From positions 896,001 through 960,000 of the forward strand of contig CAWKNZ010000002.1 of the NCBI GenBank assembly GCA_963851265.1: 64,000 nt of DNA, in the 5' to 3' direction. The notes under the pieces are model-generated. The model saw only the letters and a program-made list of their open reading frames with translations. It made no database searches and was not told the origin of the DNA. Both the position numbers and the translations under genes were made by a program. How positions within the stretch are numbered: the first letter of the stretch is position 1; the number at the start of each line of letters is the position of its first letter. The DNA comes from an uncultured Gemmatimonadales bacterium (GTDB lineage Bacteria > Gemmatimonadota > Gemmatimonadetes > Gemmatimonadales > Gemmatimonadaceae). This document shows positions 39,679 through 48,400 of the stretch, in pieces.

Positions 39679-40107
39679 ATGGAACGCCGCAACCTCGATC
39701 TCGAAGTGCCCCTCACGCGCGAGCAGTGGCAGCAACTCGGCGAATCCGCCAACCTTCGCGAGGACATGGGCGTCCTGCGCTGGGCGATCGCGGACTTCGA
39801 CGTCATTCGGGTCTCGATGCACGATGACGACGCCCCGGCGGGGTGGGAGGGCGTCGCGACGCGCACGAATTTCGCCGCCGACGACCGGGAGGTCGCGCGG
39901 TTCGTGTACAACGACGGTCGCCCGTACGCGCAGCTCGAAACGCCCGCGGCGCCGGCGCCGCCGGCGATCACCGGCGCGCAGGACCGCGCGCTCGACGTGG
40001 CGCTCGAGCGCTGGGTGCGGGACAAGTGGCGCGGGCTGATGCGTGATTCCGGGCTGCACGACGACGCGGGCGCGCTGCCGGTCGACGAGCCGAATCCGCC
40101 GCGATGA
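39679..40107 (+). CDS. Hypothetical protein
   Basis: Protein-like acidic composition (MERRNLDLEVPL...); fills the gap immediately upstream of the ABC ATPase. Confidence 0.65.
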   Translation: MERRNLDLEVPLTREQWQQLGESANLREDMGVLRWAIADFDVIRVSMHDDDAPAGWEGVATRTNFAADDREVARFVYNDGRPYAQLETPAAPAPPAITGAQDRALDVALERWVRDKWRGLMRDSGLHDDAGALPVDEPNPPR

Positions 40108-40120
40108 CGACTCGCGCACG

Positions 40121-41194
40121 ATGACGGCGCCGGGACGCGCCGCGGGAGATCCGGTGCCGTCGATCACGACGCGCGGCCTGCGGAAGGTGTACGCCGCCCC
40201 GCCGGCCACGCGCCGCGGCGGGCGGGGTCCCGGAGGTCCGCGGCCGTTCGGACCGCCGCCCGTCGGCGGGTCGCCTCCCCGCGGCCCGGCCGGCCCCGGC
40301 GGCGACGTCGTCGCGCTCGCCGGCCTCGACCTCGACGTGGCCGCCGGCGAGTGCTTCGGCCTGTTGGGGCCTAACGGGGCGGGGAAGACGACGACGATCG
40401 GCATTCTCACGACGCGCGTGCTCCCGACCGCGGGGGAGGCGCGCGTCGCCGGCGCCGACGTGGTGCGCGAGTCGGTGCTCGCGCGGCTCCGGCTCGGCGT
40501 CGTCCCGCAGCGCCCCAATCCCGACCGTGCGCTGACGGTCGAGGAGAACCTCCTGTTCCACGCGGCCTACTACGGGCTGGACGCGGCCGCCGCGCGGCGG
40601 CGGGCGGCCGCGCTCCTCGAGCAGTTCGGGATTGCGGACAAGGCGGCCAACAAGGTCGACGCGCTCTCGGGCGGGCAGCAGCAGCGGCTGATGATCGCGC
40701 GCGCGCTGATCCACGAGCCCGACGTGCTCTTCCTCGACGAGCCGACGGTCGGCCTCGACCCGCAGGCGCGACTCGCGCTCTGGGACGTGCTTCGCGAGCT
40801 GCGCCGCGGCGGGCGTACGGTCGTGCTGACCACGCACTACATGGAAGAGGCCGACCAGCTCTGCGACCGGCTCGCGATCGTCGATCGGGGGACGCTGCTG
40901 GCGCTCGACACGCCCGGCGCGCTCAAGGCGCGCGCGCCGGGCGGCACGCTGCTCGAGCTGACGCTCGACGGCGACGCGTCCGATGCGGCGGATCGTGCGC
41001 GCAGCGTCGGCGGGGTCCTGCGGAGCGAGGCGGCGGGCGCCATGTTGCGCGTGTATGCCGAGCACGGCGGCGCGGCACTGCCGCCGCTGCTCGAGATCGC
41101 CGAGGCGAGCGGGCGGAGCGTCCGCGACATCCGCCTCGTCCCGCCGAGCCTCGAATCGCTGTTCGTGTCGCTCACCGGGCGCGCGCTGACCTGA
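40121..41194 (+). CDS. ABC-2 exporter ATP-binding subunit (DrrA/NodI-like)
   Basis: GPNGAGKTT, LSGGQ, FLDEPTVGLDP, TTHYMEEADQLCDR. Confidence 0.93.
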   Translation: MTAPGRAAGDPVPSITTRGLRKVYAAPPATRRGGRGPGGPRPFGPPPVGGSPPRGPAGPGGDVVALAGLDLDVAAGECFGLLGPNGAGKTTTIGILTTRVLPTAGEARVAGADVVRESVLARLRLGVVPQRPNPDRALTVEENLLFHAAYYGLDAAAARRRAAALLEQFGIADKAANKVDALSGGQQQRLMIARALIHEPDVLFLDEPTVGLDPQARLALWDVLRELRRGGRTVVLTTHYMEEADQLCDRLAIVDRGTLLALDTPGALKARAPGGTLLELTLDGDASDAADRARSVGGVLRSEAAGAMLRVYAEHGGAALPPLLEIAEASGRSVRDIRLVPPSLESLFVSLTGRALT

Positions 41195-41226
41195 CTCCCG
41201 ACCGCCTCCTCCGCGATGCTCCTGCA

Positions 41227-42063
41227 ATGACTGCCGCGACGCTGCCCGCCCCCACCGCCGTCGATGGGGGCACCGTGCCCGCGCTGGCGCCCGCGCGCGC
41301 AATGGTGTTCGCCGCGCTGATGCGCCGCGATCTGCGCGCACTCCGGCGCGAACTCCCGTTCTTCCTCCTGCGCACGATCCTGCAGCCACTGCTGTTCGTG
41401 ATCGTGTTCGGCGCGCTGATGCCGCGGATGGGGCTCGTGAGCAGCCGCTACGGCGCCGCGATGCTGCCCGGGGTGCTCGCGCTCACGCTCGGCCTCGCGG
41501 CCGTGCAGAGCGTCGCGCTGCCGCTGGTCCAGGATTTCGGCTGGACGCGCGAGATCGAGGATCGCCTCCTGGCGCCGATTCCGATGGGGCTGCTCGTCTC
41601 GCAGAAGATCGCGAGCGGCGCGCTCCAGGCGCTCGTCAGCGCGTGCGCGGTGCTGCCGATCGCACGCCTCGTCATGGGCCCGATTCCGGGGCTCTCGCCG
41701 ACCAATCTCGGCGTGGTGGCGCTCGTGGCCGTCCTCGGCGCGCTCACGTTCTCCGCGGCCGGCCTCGTGCTCGGGACGGCGATCAGCCCGCAGCAGATCG
41801 GGTTGCTGTTCAGCGCGATCCTCACGCCCACGATCTTCTTCGGGTGCGCCTACTACCCGTGGCGCGGACTCGACGCGGTGCCGTTCGTGAAGTACCTCGT
41901 GCTCGTCAATCCGCTCACGTACGTGAGTGAGGGCATGCGCGCGGTGCTGACGCCCGGGATGCCGCACATGCCGCTAGGCGCGGTGCTGTGCGCACTCGTC
42001 GTGCTCGGGACGGCGTTCTCGGTGCTCGGGATGCGGGGCTTCCGGAAGCGCGCCTTCGGCTGA
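41227..42063 (+). CDS. ABC-2 exporter permease
   Basis: About 6 TM helices; EIEDRLLAP, NPLTYVSEGMR. Confidence 0.9.
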   Translation: MTAATLPAPTAVDGGTVPALAPARAMVFAALMRRDLRALRRELPFFLLRTILQPLLFVIVFGALMPRMGLVSSRYGAAMLPGVLALTLGLAAVQSVALPLVQDFGWTREIEDRLLAPIPMGLLVSQKIASGALQALVSACAVLPIARLVMGPIPGLSPTNLGVVALVAVLGALTFSAAGLVLGTAISPQQIGLLFSAILTPTIFFGCAYYPWRGLDAVPFVKYLVLVNPLTYVSEGMRAVLTPGMPHMPLGAVLCALVVLGTAFSVLGMRGFRKRAFG

Positions 42064-42276
42064 CGCGGCGGCACCGCGCCGCGTGCACCTGGATTCGAGG
42101 GGGCGCGTGCACCGACCGGCGCGATCGGGGTACGAGGACGGGACGGTGTGGGTCGTGAACGCGCGTGCCCGCGTTTGCCCGCGCGTTGCAGGGTTCACGT
42201 CGTCCGTCGCACTCGTTACGCAGCCCCACGCGCCGCGCGGCGGTCCGCGCTGGCGGCGCTCACTACTTTTTATCGC

Positions 42277-44313
42277 ATGGCGACTCACCTCGATCCCGAG
42301 CCGGCGACGTTGCCCGGCCGTTCGCCCGCCCTGCCGGCGGAGCACGACCTCTCAGCGATCGTCGTCGGTGGCGCGCCCGAAGCGGACGCGTGGACGATCG
42401 AGGACGCGCGCGCCCTCTACAACGTGGAAGGGTGGGGCGCGGGCTATTTCGACGTGAACGAACGCGGACGCGTGGTCGTGCGGCCGGACCGCGACCGGCC
42501 GGAGCTCGAACTCGACCTGCTCGACTTCGCGCGCGACCTCGAGGAGCAGGGCGTCGCGCTTCCGGTCCTGCTTCGGTTCAGCGACATCCTCCGCTCGCGC
42601 ATCTCGCAGCTCAGCGAGCGCTTTCAGGCCGCGATGCGGGAGTACGAGTACGACGGCGGCTACACGACGGTCTACCCGGTCAAGGTGAACCAGCAGCGGC
42701 ACGTGGTCGAGGAGATCCTCGAGCACGGGCGCCCGTACGGCGTCGGGCTCGAGTGCGGCTCCAAGCCCGAGTTGCAGGCCGTCCTCGCCGTCTCGGAGGA
42801 CGCGGACCACCTCATCGTCTGCAACGGGTACAAGGACCACGAGTTCATGCGCCTCGCGCTCATGGGGCAGAAGGTCGGACACGAGGTGTTCCTCGTGATC
42901 GAGCAGCTCTCCGAGCTGGACGTGCTGCTCGAGGTCGCGGCGGAGCTGGACGTGCGACCGACGGTGGGCGTGCGCGTGAAGCTCGCGACCGAGAGCGCGG
43001 GGCGTTGGGCGCAGAGCGCTGGCGAGAAGAGCAAGTTCGGGCTCAACCCCTCGCAGCTCGTCAAGCTCATCGACCGCCTGCGTGACGCCGGGCAGCTCGA
43101 CATCCTCAAGCTCGTTCACTTCCACCTCGGCTCGCAGATCCCCGACATCCGGTTCATCAAGTCCGGGCTGCAGGAGGTCGCGCGCTTCTACGTCGAACTG
43201 CGCAAGATGGGCGTGGAGCTGTCGCACGTCGACGTGGGTGGCGGGCTCGGCGTTGACTACGACGGGACCGGTTCCTCGCAGAGCAACGCGAGCGTGAACT
43301 ACTCGCTGCAGGAATACGCGAACGACGTCGTGTACACGATGGCGGAGGCGTGCCGCGAGGCGGAGGTGCCGATGCCGCACCTGATCTCGGAGAGCGGGCG
43401 CGCGCTGACGGCCCACCACGCGATGCTGCTGCTCAAGGTGATCGACGTGGAAAGCCAGGCCGAGCCGCCGGTGCCCACGCTCACCGACGACGATCACGGC
43501 ATCCTGCACGAGATGATCGACGACTTCGCGCTGCTGCGTGGGGAGGGCGGCGGGCGCCCGCTGACGCCGCACAAGGTCATGGCGATCTACCACGACGCGA
43601 GCTTCGCGAAGGACCGCTCGCGCCAGCTCTTCAACAGCGGCGTGCTCGACCTGCGCGGTCTCGCGCTGGCCGAGCAGATCTACTTCGCCGTGATCAACCG
43701 CATCGCGGCGATCGTGAACGCCGACCCCGAGGAGTACGAGGAGATCCACAAGGAGCTCGACGCGACGCTCGTGGACCGCTACTTCTGCAACTTCTCGCTC
43801 TTCCAGTCGCTGCCCGACAACTGGGCGATCGACCAGCTCTTCCCGATCATGCCGGTGCACCGGCTCGACGAGCGTCCGACGCGGTTAGGCACACTGCAGG
43901 ACGTGACGTGCGATTCGGACGGCAAGATCGACCGATTCGTCGGTGACCGCACCGGCCGTCCGTCGCTCGAACTGCACGAATTCCGCGACGACGAGGAGTA
44001 CGTCCTGGGCATCTTCCTCACCGGGGCCTACCAGGAGATCCTCGGCGACCTGCACAACCTCTTCGGCGACACCAACGCGGTGCACGTCAAGCTGACCGAG
44101 CGCGGCGCCGAGATCACGGACCTCGTACACGGCGACACCGTGACCGAGGTGCTCAACTACGTACAGTTCCACGCGCCCTCGCTCCTCACGACGTGGCGTC
44201 GGAAGGTGACCGCGGCCAAGTCGCTCTCGCGCAGCGAGGCCAACCAGTTCGTCGCGGATTACGTGGCCGGCCTCGACGGGTACACCTACCTCGAAGGCGA
44301 GGCCGCGCGGTGA
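42277..44313 (+). CDS. speA: Biosynthetic arginine decarboxylase
   Basis: WGAGYF, VYPVKVNQ, GSKPEL, CNGYKD, KSKFGL, HFHLGSQ, DVGGGLGVDYDG, SESGRA, NFSLFQSLPD.WAIDQLFP, TCDSDG, GAYQEILG.LHNLFGD. Confidence 0.96.
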   Translation: MATHLDPEPATLPGRSPALPAEHDLSAIVVGGAPEADAWTIEDARALYNVEGWGAGYFDVNERGRVVVRPDRDRPELELDLLDFARDLEEQGVALPVLLRFSDILRSRISQLSERFQAAMREYEYDGGYTTVYPVKVNQQRHVVEEILEHGRPYGVGLECGSKPELQAVLAVSEDADHLIVCNGYKDHEFMRLALMGQKVGHEVFLVIEQLSELDVLLEVAAELDVRPTVGVRVKLATESAGRWAQSAGEKSKFGLNPSQLVKLIDRLRDAGQLDILKLVHFHLGSQIPDIRFIKSGLQEVARFYVELRKMGVELSHVDVGGGLGVDYDGTGSSQSNASVNYSLQEYANDVVYTMAEACREAEVPMPHLISESGRALTAHHAMLLLKVIDVESQAEPPVPTLTDDDHGILHEMIDDFALLRGEGGGRPLTPHKVMAIYHDASFAKDRSRQLFNSGVLDLRGLALAEQIYFAVINRIAAIVNADPEEYEEIHKELDATLVDRYFCNFSLFQSLPDNWAIDQLFPIMPVHRLDERPTRLGTLQDVTCDSDGKIDRFVGDRTGRPSLELHEFRDDEEYVLGIFLTGAYQEILGDLHNLFGDTNAVHVKLTERGAEITDLVHGDTVTEVLNYVQFHAPSLLTTWRRKVTAAKSLSRSEANQFVADYVAGLDGYTYLEGEAAR

Positions 44314-45065
44314 GCGAACAGACGGCGCCGGCCGCGCAGGCGAGCGCCGGCCCGGCCGCGCTCTGGGAGGACTTCATCGACGTGTTCGCGAGCCCGTCCG
44401 AGGTGTTCGAGCGGCGGCGCGGCGGCGCGTACGCGGGCGGCCTCACGCTGTACGGTGTCGTCGCGGCGCTGATCTTCGTCGCGTCGCGTTCGTTCTGGCA
44501 ACCGTACTTCGCACACCAGATGGAGTTGAGCCTCGCGGCGCAACAGGCCGCGGGGAAGCTGACGGCCGCCCAGGTCGAGCAGGCACGCGGGGCCTTCGCG
44601 GGGTTCGCCGGCGTCTTCACCTGGATCGTCGGCACGCTCGGTACGCCCTTCATCGTCATGTTCGTCGCCGTCCTGGTCCTCGGCGCCGCGCGCGTGATCG
44701 GGGTGCGCCTCTCGTACGGACAGTCGCTCGTCGTCGCGACGCTGGCGTACGTGCCGCGGCTGCTCGGGACCATCGCTGGCGCGGGCGTGCTGGCGGTCAA
44801 GGACCCCGCGACGCTCGCCCCGGGTGCGCTGCCGTCGAGCCCCGCCGCCCTGCTCGGCCCCGACGCGTCACAGGTTCTCGCTGCCCTGCTGGGTCGCCTC
44901 GACCCGTTCGTTCTCTGGGGTACGTTCCTGATCGCGATCGGCGTGGCCGTGCTCGGGCGCGCGCCGCGGAGCAAGGGCTTCACGGCCGCCGCACTCGTCT
45001 GGGGCGTCGCGACGCTGGGCGCGGTGCTGAGCGCGCTGCGTGCCGCGGCTGCCGCCAACCCGTAG
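44310..45065 (+). CDS. Yip1-family membrane protein
   Basis: DVFASPSEVF followed by about 5 TM helices; GTG start overlaps the speA stop. Confidence 0.75.
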   Translation: MSEQTAPAAQASAGPAALWEDFIDVFASPSEVFERRRGGAYAGGLTLYGVVAALIFVASRSFWQPYFAHQMELSLAAQQAAGKLTAAQVEQARGAFAGFAGVFTWIVGTLGTPFIVMFVAVLVLGAARVIGVRLSYGQSLVVATLAYVPRLLGTIAGAGVLAVKDPATLAPGALPSSPAALLGPDASQVLAALLGRLDPFVLWGTFLIAIGVAVLGRAPRSKGFTAAALVWGVATLGAVLSALRAAAAANP

Positions 45066-45084
45066 CGCGTTCGAGGCACCGGCG

Positions 45085-45142
45085 CGGTGAAGCGCGAAGC
45101 GGGGCGGCCGGATACCCGGCCGCCCCGCTTCGCGCTTCACCG
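45085..45142. terminator. Bidirectional terminator / long perfect hairpin
   Basis: 27 bp perfect arms (45085-45111 / 45116-45142) with a 4 nt loop, between convergent yip1 and sod. Confidence 0.7.
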
Positions 45143-45162
45143 TTCGATGTGCCGGGCTCGGG

Positions 45163-45777
45163 TCAGGCCTGGCCGTAGCGCTTCGCGACCTCGCCCCAGT
45201 TGACCGTGTTCCACCACGCGTCGATGTAGTCGGGGCGGCGGTTCTGGTACTTCAGGTAATAGCTGTGCTCCCACACATCGAGGCCGAGCAGGACGGCGCT
45301 GGGACTCATACCATCCATCAGGGGGTTGTCCTGGTTAGGCGTGCTCGTGATGGCGAGCTTGTCACCCTGACGGACCAGCCACGCCCACCCCGAGCCGAAG
45401 CGCCCGACCGCGGCCGCCTTGAACTGATCGCGGAACGTGCCGAAATCGCCGAAGCTCGACCTGATGGCCGACCCGATCCCGTCGGCCGGTTCGCCGCCCG
45501 CGTTGGGGCCCATCAGCTGCCAGAACAGCGAGTGGTTCCAGTGGCCGCCGCCGTTGTTCCGGATCGGTCCGCGGACCGCCTCCGGGGCGGTGTTGAGGTT
45601 CGCGAGTAGTTGCTCGATCGACTGACCCGCCAGCTCGGGCGCCTTCTCGATCGCGGCGTTCAGGTTGGTGACGTACGCCTGGTGGTGCTTGTCGTGGTGG
45701 ATCGACATCGTCTGCGCGTCGATGTGCGGCTCGAGCGCGTCGGGCGAATAGGGAAGCGGCGGCAGCGTGAAGGCCAT
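45163..45777 (-). CDS. sodA: Fe/Mn superoxide dismutase (Mn-type residues)
   Basis: [41 protein letters not shown]. Confidence 0.95.
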   Translation of the reverse strand: MAFTLPPLPYSPDALEPHIDAQTMSIHHDKHHQAYVTNLNAAIEKAPELAGQSIEQLLANLNTAPEAVRGPIRNNGGGHWNHSLFWQLMGPNAGGEPADGIGSAIRSSFGDFGTFRDQFKAAAVGRFGSGWAWLVRQGDKLAITSTPNQDNPLMDGMSPSAVLLGLDVWEHSYYLKYQNRRPDYIDAWWNTVNWGEVAKRYGQA

Positions 45778-45823
45778 CGTAGCGATTCTCCGGAAGGGCG
45801 AAGGACAGTAGATCAGGTCGGTC

Positions 45824-46474
45824 TCAGCTCACTGTCGAGACGCGAGTTGCGCGCCGCGCGCGCCACCAACTCACGATGGCCGGGCTGACGGAGAGCAGAA
45901 CGATCGCGATGATGAGCAACTCCAGGTGCTTCGTCAGTGCCGGGAATCGCGAGCCGAGCACGTAGCCGGCGGCCAGCATGCCCCAGATCCACGCCACCCC
46001 GCCGATGACGCTGAAGGTCAGGAACGTGGGATACCGCATCCCGGCGCCGCCGGCCACGAGCGGCGCGAAGGTCCGGATGATCGGCATGAAACGCGCAAGC
46101 ACGACCGTCTTCGCGCCGTGGGTGGCGTAGAAGTCCGCCGCGCGCTGCAGGTGCTTCTTCTTGAACAGGAGTGAGTCGTCCCGGTTGAAGATGCGCGGAC
46201 CCGAAAGTCGCCCGATCCAGTAGTTGGTGTTGTCGCCGAGAATCGCCGCGGCGCTCAACGCCAGCCCCATCGTCGTGATGTCGAGGGGCAGGTGTTGCGG
46301 GCCGGGCGCGGCCAACAGGCCGGCGGTCACGAGCAGCGAGTCACCGGGGAGAAAGAACCCGAAGAACAGACCGGTTTCGGTGAAAATGATCGTGAAGAGC
46401 CCGACGTAGCCCGCCCATTGCACGAGGGCGGGAAGGTCACGGAGCCGGTCGAAGAAGTCGCCGAGGGAGGGCAT
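45824..46474 (-). CDS. dedA: DedA/VTT family membrane protein
   Basis: [39 protein letters not shown]. Confidence 0.9.
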   Translation of the reverse strand: MPSLGDFFDRLRDLPALVQWAGYVGLFTIIFTETGLFFGFFLPGDSLLVTAGLLAAPGPQHLPLDITTMGLALSAAAILGDNTNYWIGRLSGPRIFNRDDSLLFKKKHLQRAADFYATHGAKTVVLARFMPIIRTFAPLVAGGAGMRYPTFLTFSVIGGVAWIWGMLAAGYVLGSRFPALTKHLELLIIAIVLLSVSPAIVSWWRARRATRVSTVS

Positions 46475-46591
46475 GACGGAGATCAGAGACGGTCGGAACA
46501 GGGACGGCGGGGTGCAACCTCGCCCGCGCCGGACGACGGCGCAATCGGCGCGTCGTACGTCCGGCGCCCCGCGCGCCGCGGAGCCGGTCAC

Positions 46592-47767
46592 GTGACGGCG
46601 CCGGCAGCGCCGAACGGCCGCGCGTCGTCGGGCGCGGCGTCGGTGCACGACGCGGTCGTCGCGCTCGAGCAGCTGTTCCGGCCGCCGCCACGCCTTGCAG
46701 GGGGCCTGTTCGGGGCCGGGCTGTCAGCGCGCGGCGAACGCTGGTTCGAGCGTGTGGCGTATGCGGTGGTCGTGCTGTTCGCGCTCGCGTGGGCGTGGAG
46801 CATCGCGGAGGCGCGCGGTCGCCGCCTGCGGAGCGGAACGCACGATGTCGCGACCGTGGTCACGCCGGCCACGGCGAGCGTGACCGCGGCGCTGACGCAT
46901 GCCGACCGGCCGTCGACGGCGTACCTCACCGACGCGCTCATGAATCGACTGGCCACGTTGCGAGGTGCGAGTGGGAAGGTTCGCGTCGTCGTCCACGCGC
47001 CCGGCGAGCCGGTCGACGCGACCGCGCCGGCGGTGACCACTGCCGACGGAACGCCGTCGTCGGCGGTCGAACGTCTCGCACTGCGGATCGGCAACGCGAT
47101 CCGGCCAGTGGCCGACATCAACGTGTTGACGCTGACCCCGCTCAGTGCGCGGCGGCACGGGCGGATCGGGCTGTACTTCGTGGGAGCCTGGCCGACCGAG
47201 CGCGGCGCGTCGGCCGCGCGCGGCAACTACGCCCCACCGCGCGGGCTCTTGCAGGTCACGCCCGAGACGCAGGACACGCAGCTGTCCGACCACCTACGCC
47301 TGCGCGACTTCCTGACCCACGATCAGGCCGCCGTGTGGCCCAAGTACGTGGTCGTCGACCCGCGCATCATCGACAAGGACGAACTCGTCCTCGCCGACCT
47401 CGCCGCGCGCGGCATCCCGGCCCGTGGTCTGCACGTGTTGAGTGGCTTTCGGACGCCGCAGTACAACGCGGCCGGTGGTGATCCCACCGGGCGTGCGGGC
47501 CTGAGCCGCCACATGTACGGCGACGCGACCGACATCTGGATCGACAATACGGGGGGCGGGCAGATGGACGACCTCAACCACGACGGGCGCCGGACCGTCG
47601 CCGACGCGCAGGTGATCTGCGACGCCGTCGAGCGGGTCGAGCAGGCGCACCCCGAACTCGTGGGCGGCTGTGGCGTCTATCCCGGTAACGGTGCGCACGG
47701 CCCCTTCACTCACATCGACGCCCGCGGGTACCGTGCCCGCTGGACCGGCTCAGGAGACGGCGGATGA
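46592..47767 (+). CDS. Membrane-anchored peptidase M15/DUF882-like Zn metallopeptidase
   Basis: One TM helix; SGFRTPQYN, SRHMYGDATD, FTHIDARG (H/D/H Zn ligands). Start uncertain. Confidence 0.75.
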   Translation: MTAPAAPNGRASSGAASVHDAVVALEQLFRPPPRLAGGLFGAGLSARGERWFERVAYAVVVLFALAWAWSIAEARGRRLRSGTHDVATVVTPATASVTAALTHADRPSTAYLTDALMNRLATLRGASGKVRVVVHAPGEPVDATAPAVTTADGTPSSAVERLALRIGNAIRPVADINVLTLTPLSARRHGRIGLYFVGAWPTERGASAARGNYAPPRGLLQVTPETQDTQLSDHLRLRDFLTHDQAAVWPKYVVVDPRIIDKDELVLADLAARGIPARGLHVLSGFRTPQYNAAGGDPTGRAGLSRHMYGDATDIWIDNTGGGQMDDLNHDGRRTVADAQVICDAVERVEQAHPELVGGCGVYPGNGAHGPFTHIDARGYRARWTGSGDGG

Positions 47768-48363
47768 CCGAGATCACGACTGCCCCCACGACCGAGCGCT
47801 CGGGCGCGCGCGGCGAGGCGCCCGACGCGCTGCCCACGGCCGATATGGGCGCGGACGACGCGCGCGGGTCCGGCCGCGACCCGCGCGGCCGCGACGCGTC
47901 CGGCCGCGACGCGACCGGCCGTGACGCCGCAGCCCGCGATGCCCAGCGCCGCGGCCTCGACCCGTTGTTCGGCGTTCGCACTGCCGACATCGAGCCGTAC
48001 ACGGGCCTGCGCTACCTCTCGAAGCTGTTCCGGATGATCGCGGTCGTGCTCGTCCTGCTGCTGATCGCCGAGGTGGTGACCGGGCTGATCACGCAGGGCA
48101 CCGATTCGATCTCGACTCTGCTCGCCGAGGTGAGCCGGCTCATCGTGCTCGCGGGCGCCCTCTGGGGCGTCGGCGACCTGGCGATCCTGCTCATCGACGT
48201 GGGGCACGACGTGCGTGCCGCCCGCATCCTGATCGGCCGACAGACGGCGCACCTGTCGCACCACCCGCACGAGGGGCAGGTCGCAGGTCCGCTGGCCACC
48301 GCTCCGGTCACGATGCCGGTCGCCGTGCCGGTGCGCGAGCCGCGCGTCACGCCGCGCACCTGA
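47764..48363 (+). CDS. Hypothetical membrane protein
   Basis: ATGA overlap with the upstream gene; EPYTGLRYLSKLFR followed by 2-3 hydrophobic helices; LLIDVGHDVRA. Confidence 0.75.
   Translation: MTEITTAPTTERSGARGEAPDALPTADMGADDARGSGRDPRGRDASGRDATGRDAAARDAQRRGLDPLFGVRTADIEPYTGLRYLSKLFRMIAVVLVLLLIAEVVTGLITQGTDSISTLLAEVSRLIVLAGALWGVGDLAILLIDVGHDVRAARILIGRQTAHLSHHPHEGQVAGPLATAPVTMPVAVPVREPRVTPRT
47872..47940 (+). repeat. In-frame 15-nt tandem repeat (GRDxx x5)
   Basis: GGCCGCGAC-N6 units encoding GRDPR GRDAS GRDAT GRDAA ARDA. Confidence 0.7.
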
Positions 48364-48400
48364 CGCGCGCGCCGCGGGCGTGTTGGTGTTAGGCGCGGGC

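Noticed and set aside
47872..47940. Short periodic repeats as a CRISPR array (also 564-593, 35928-35960, 59865-59895)
   Set aside because: Units of 6-15 nt without spacers, in-frame in disordered protein segments; no cas genes.
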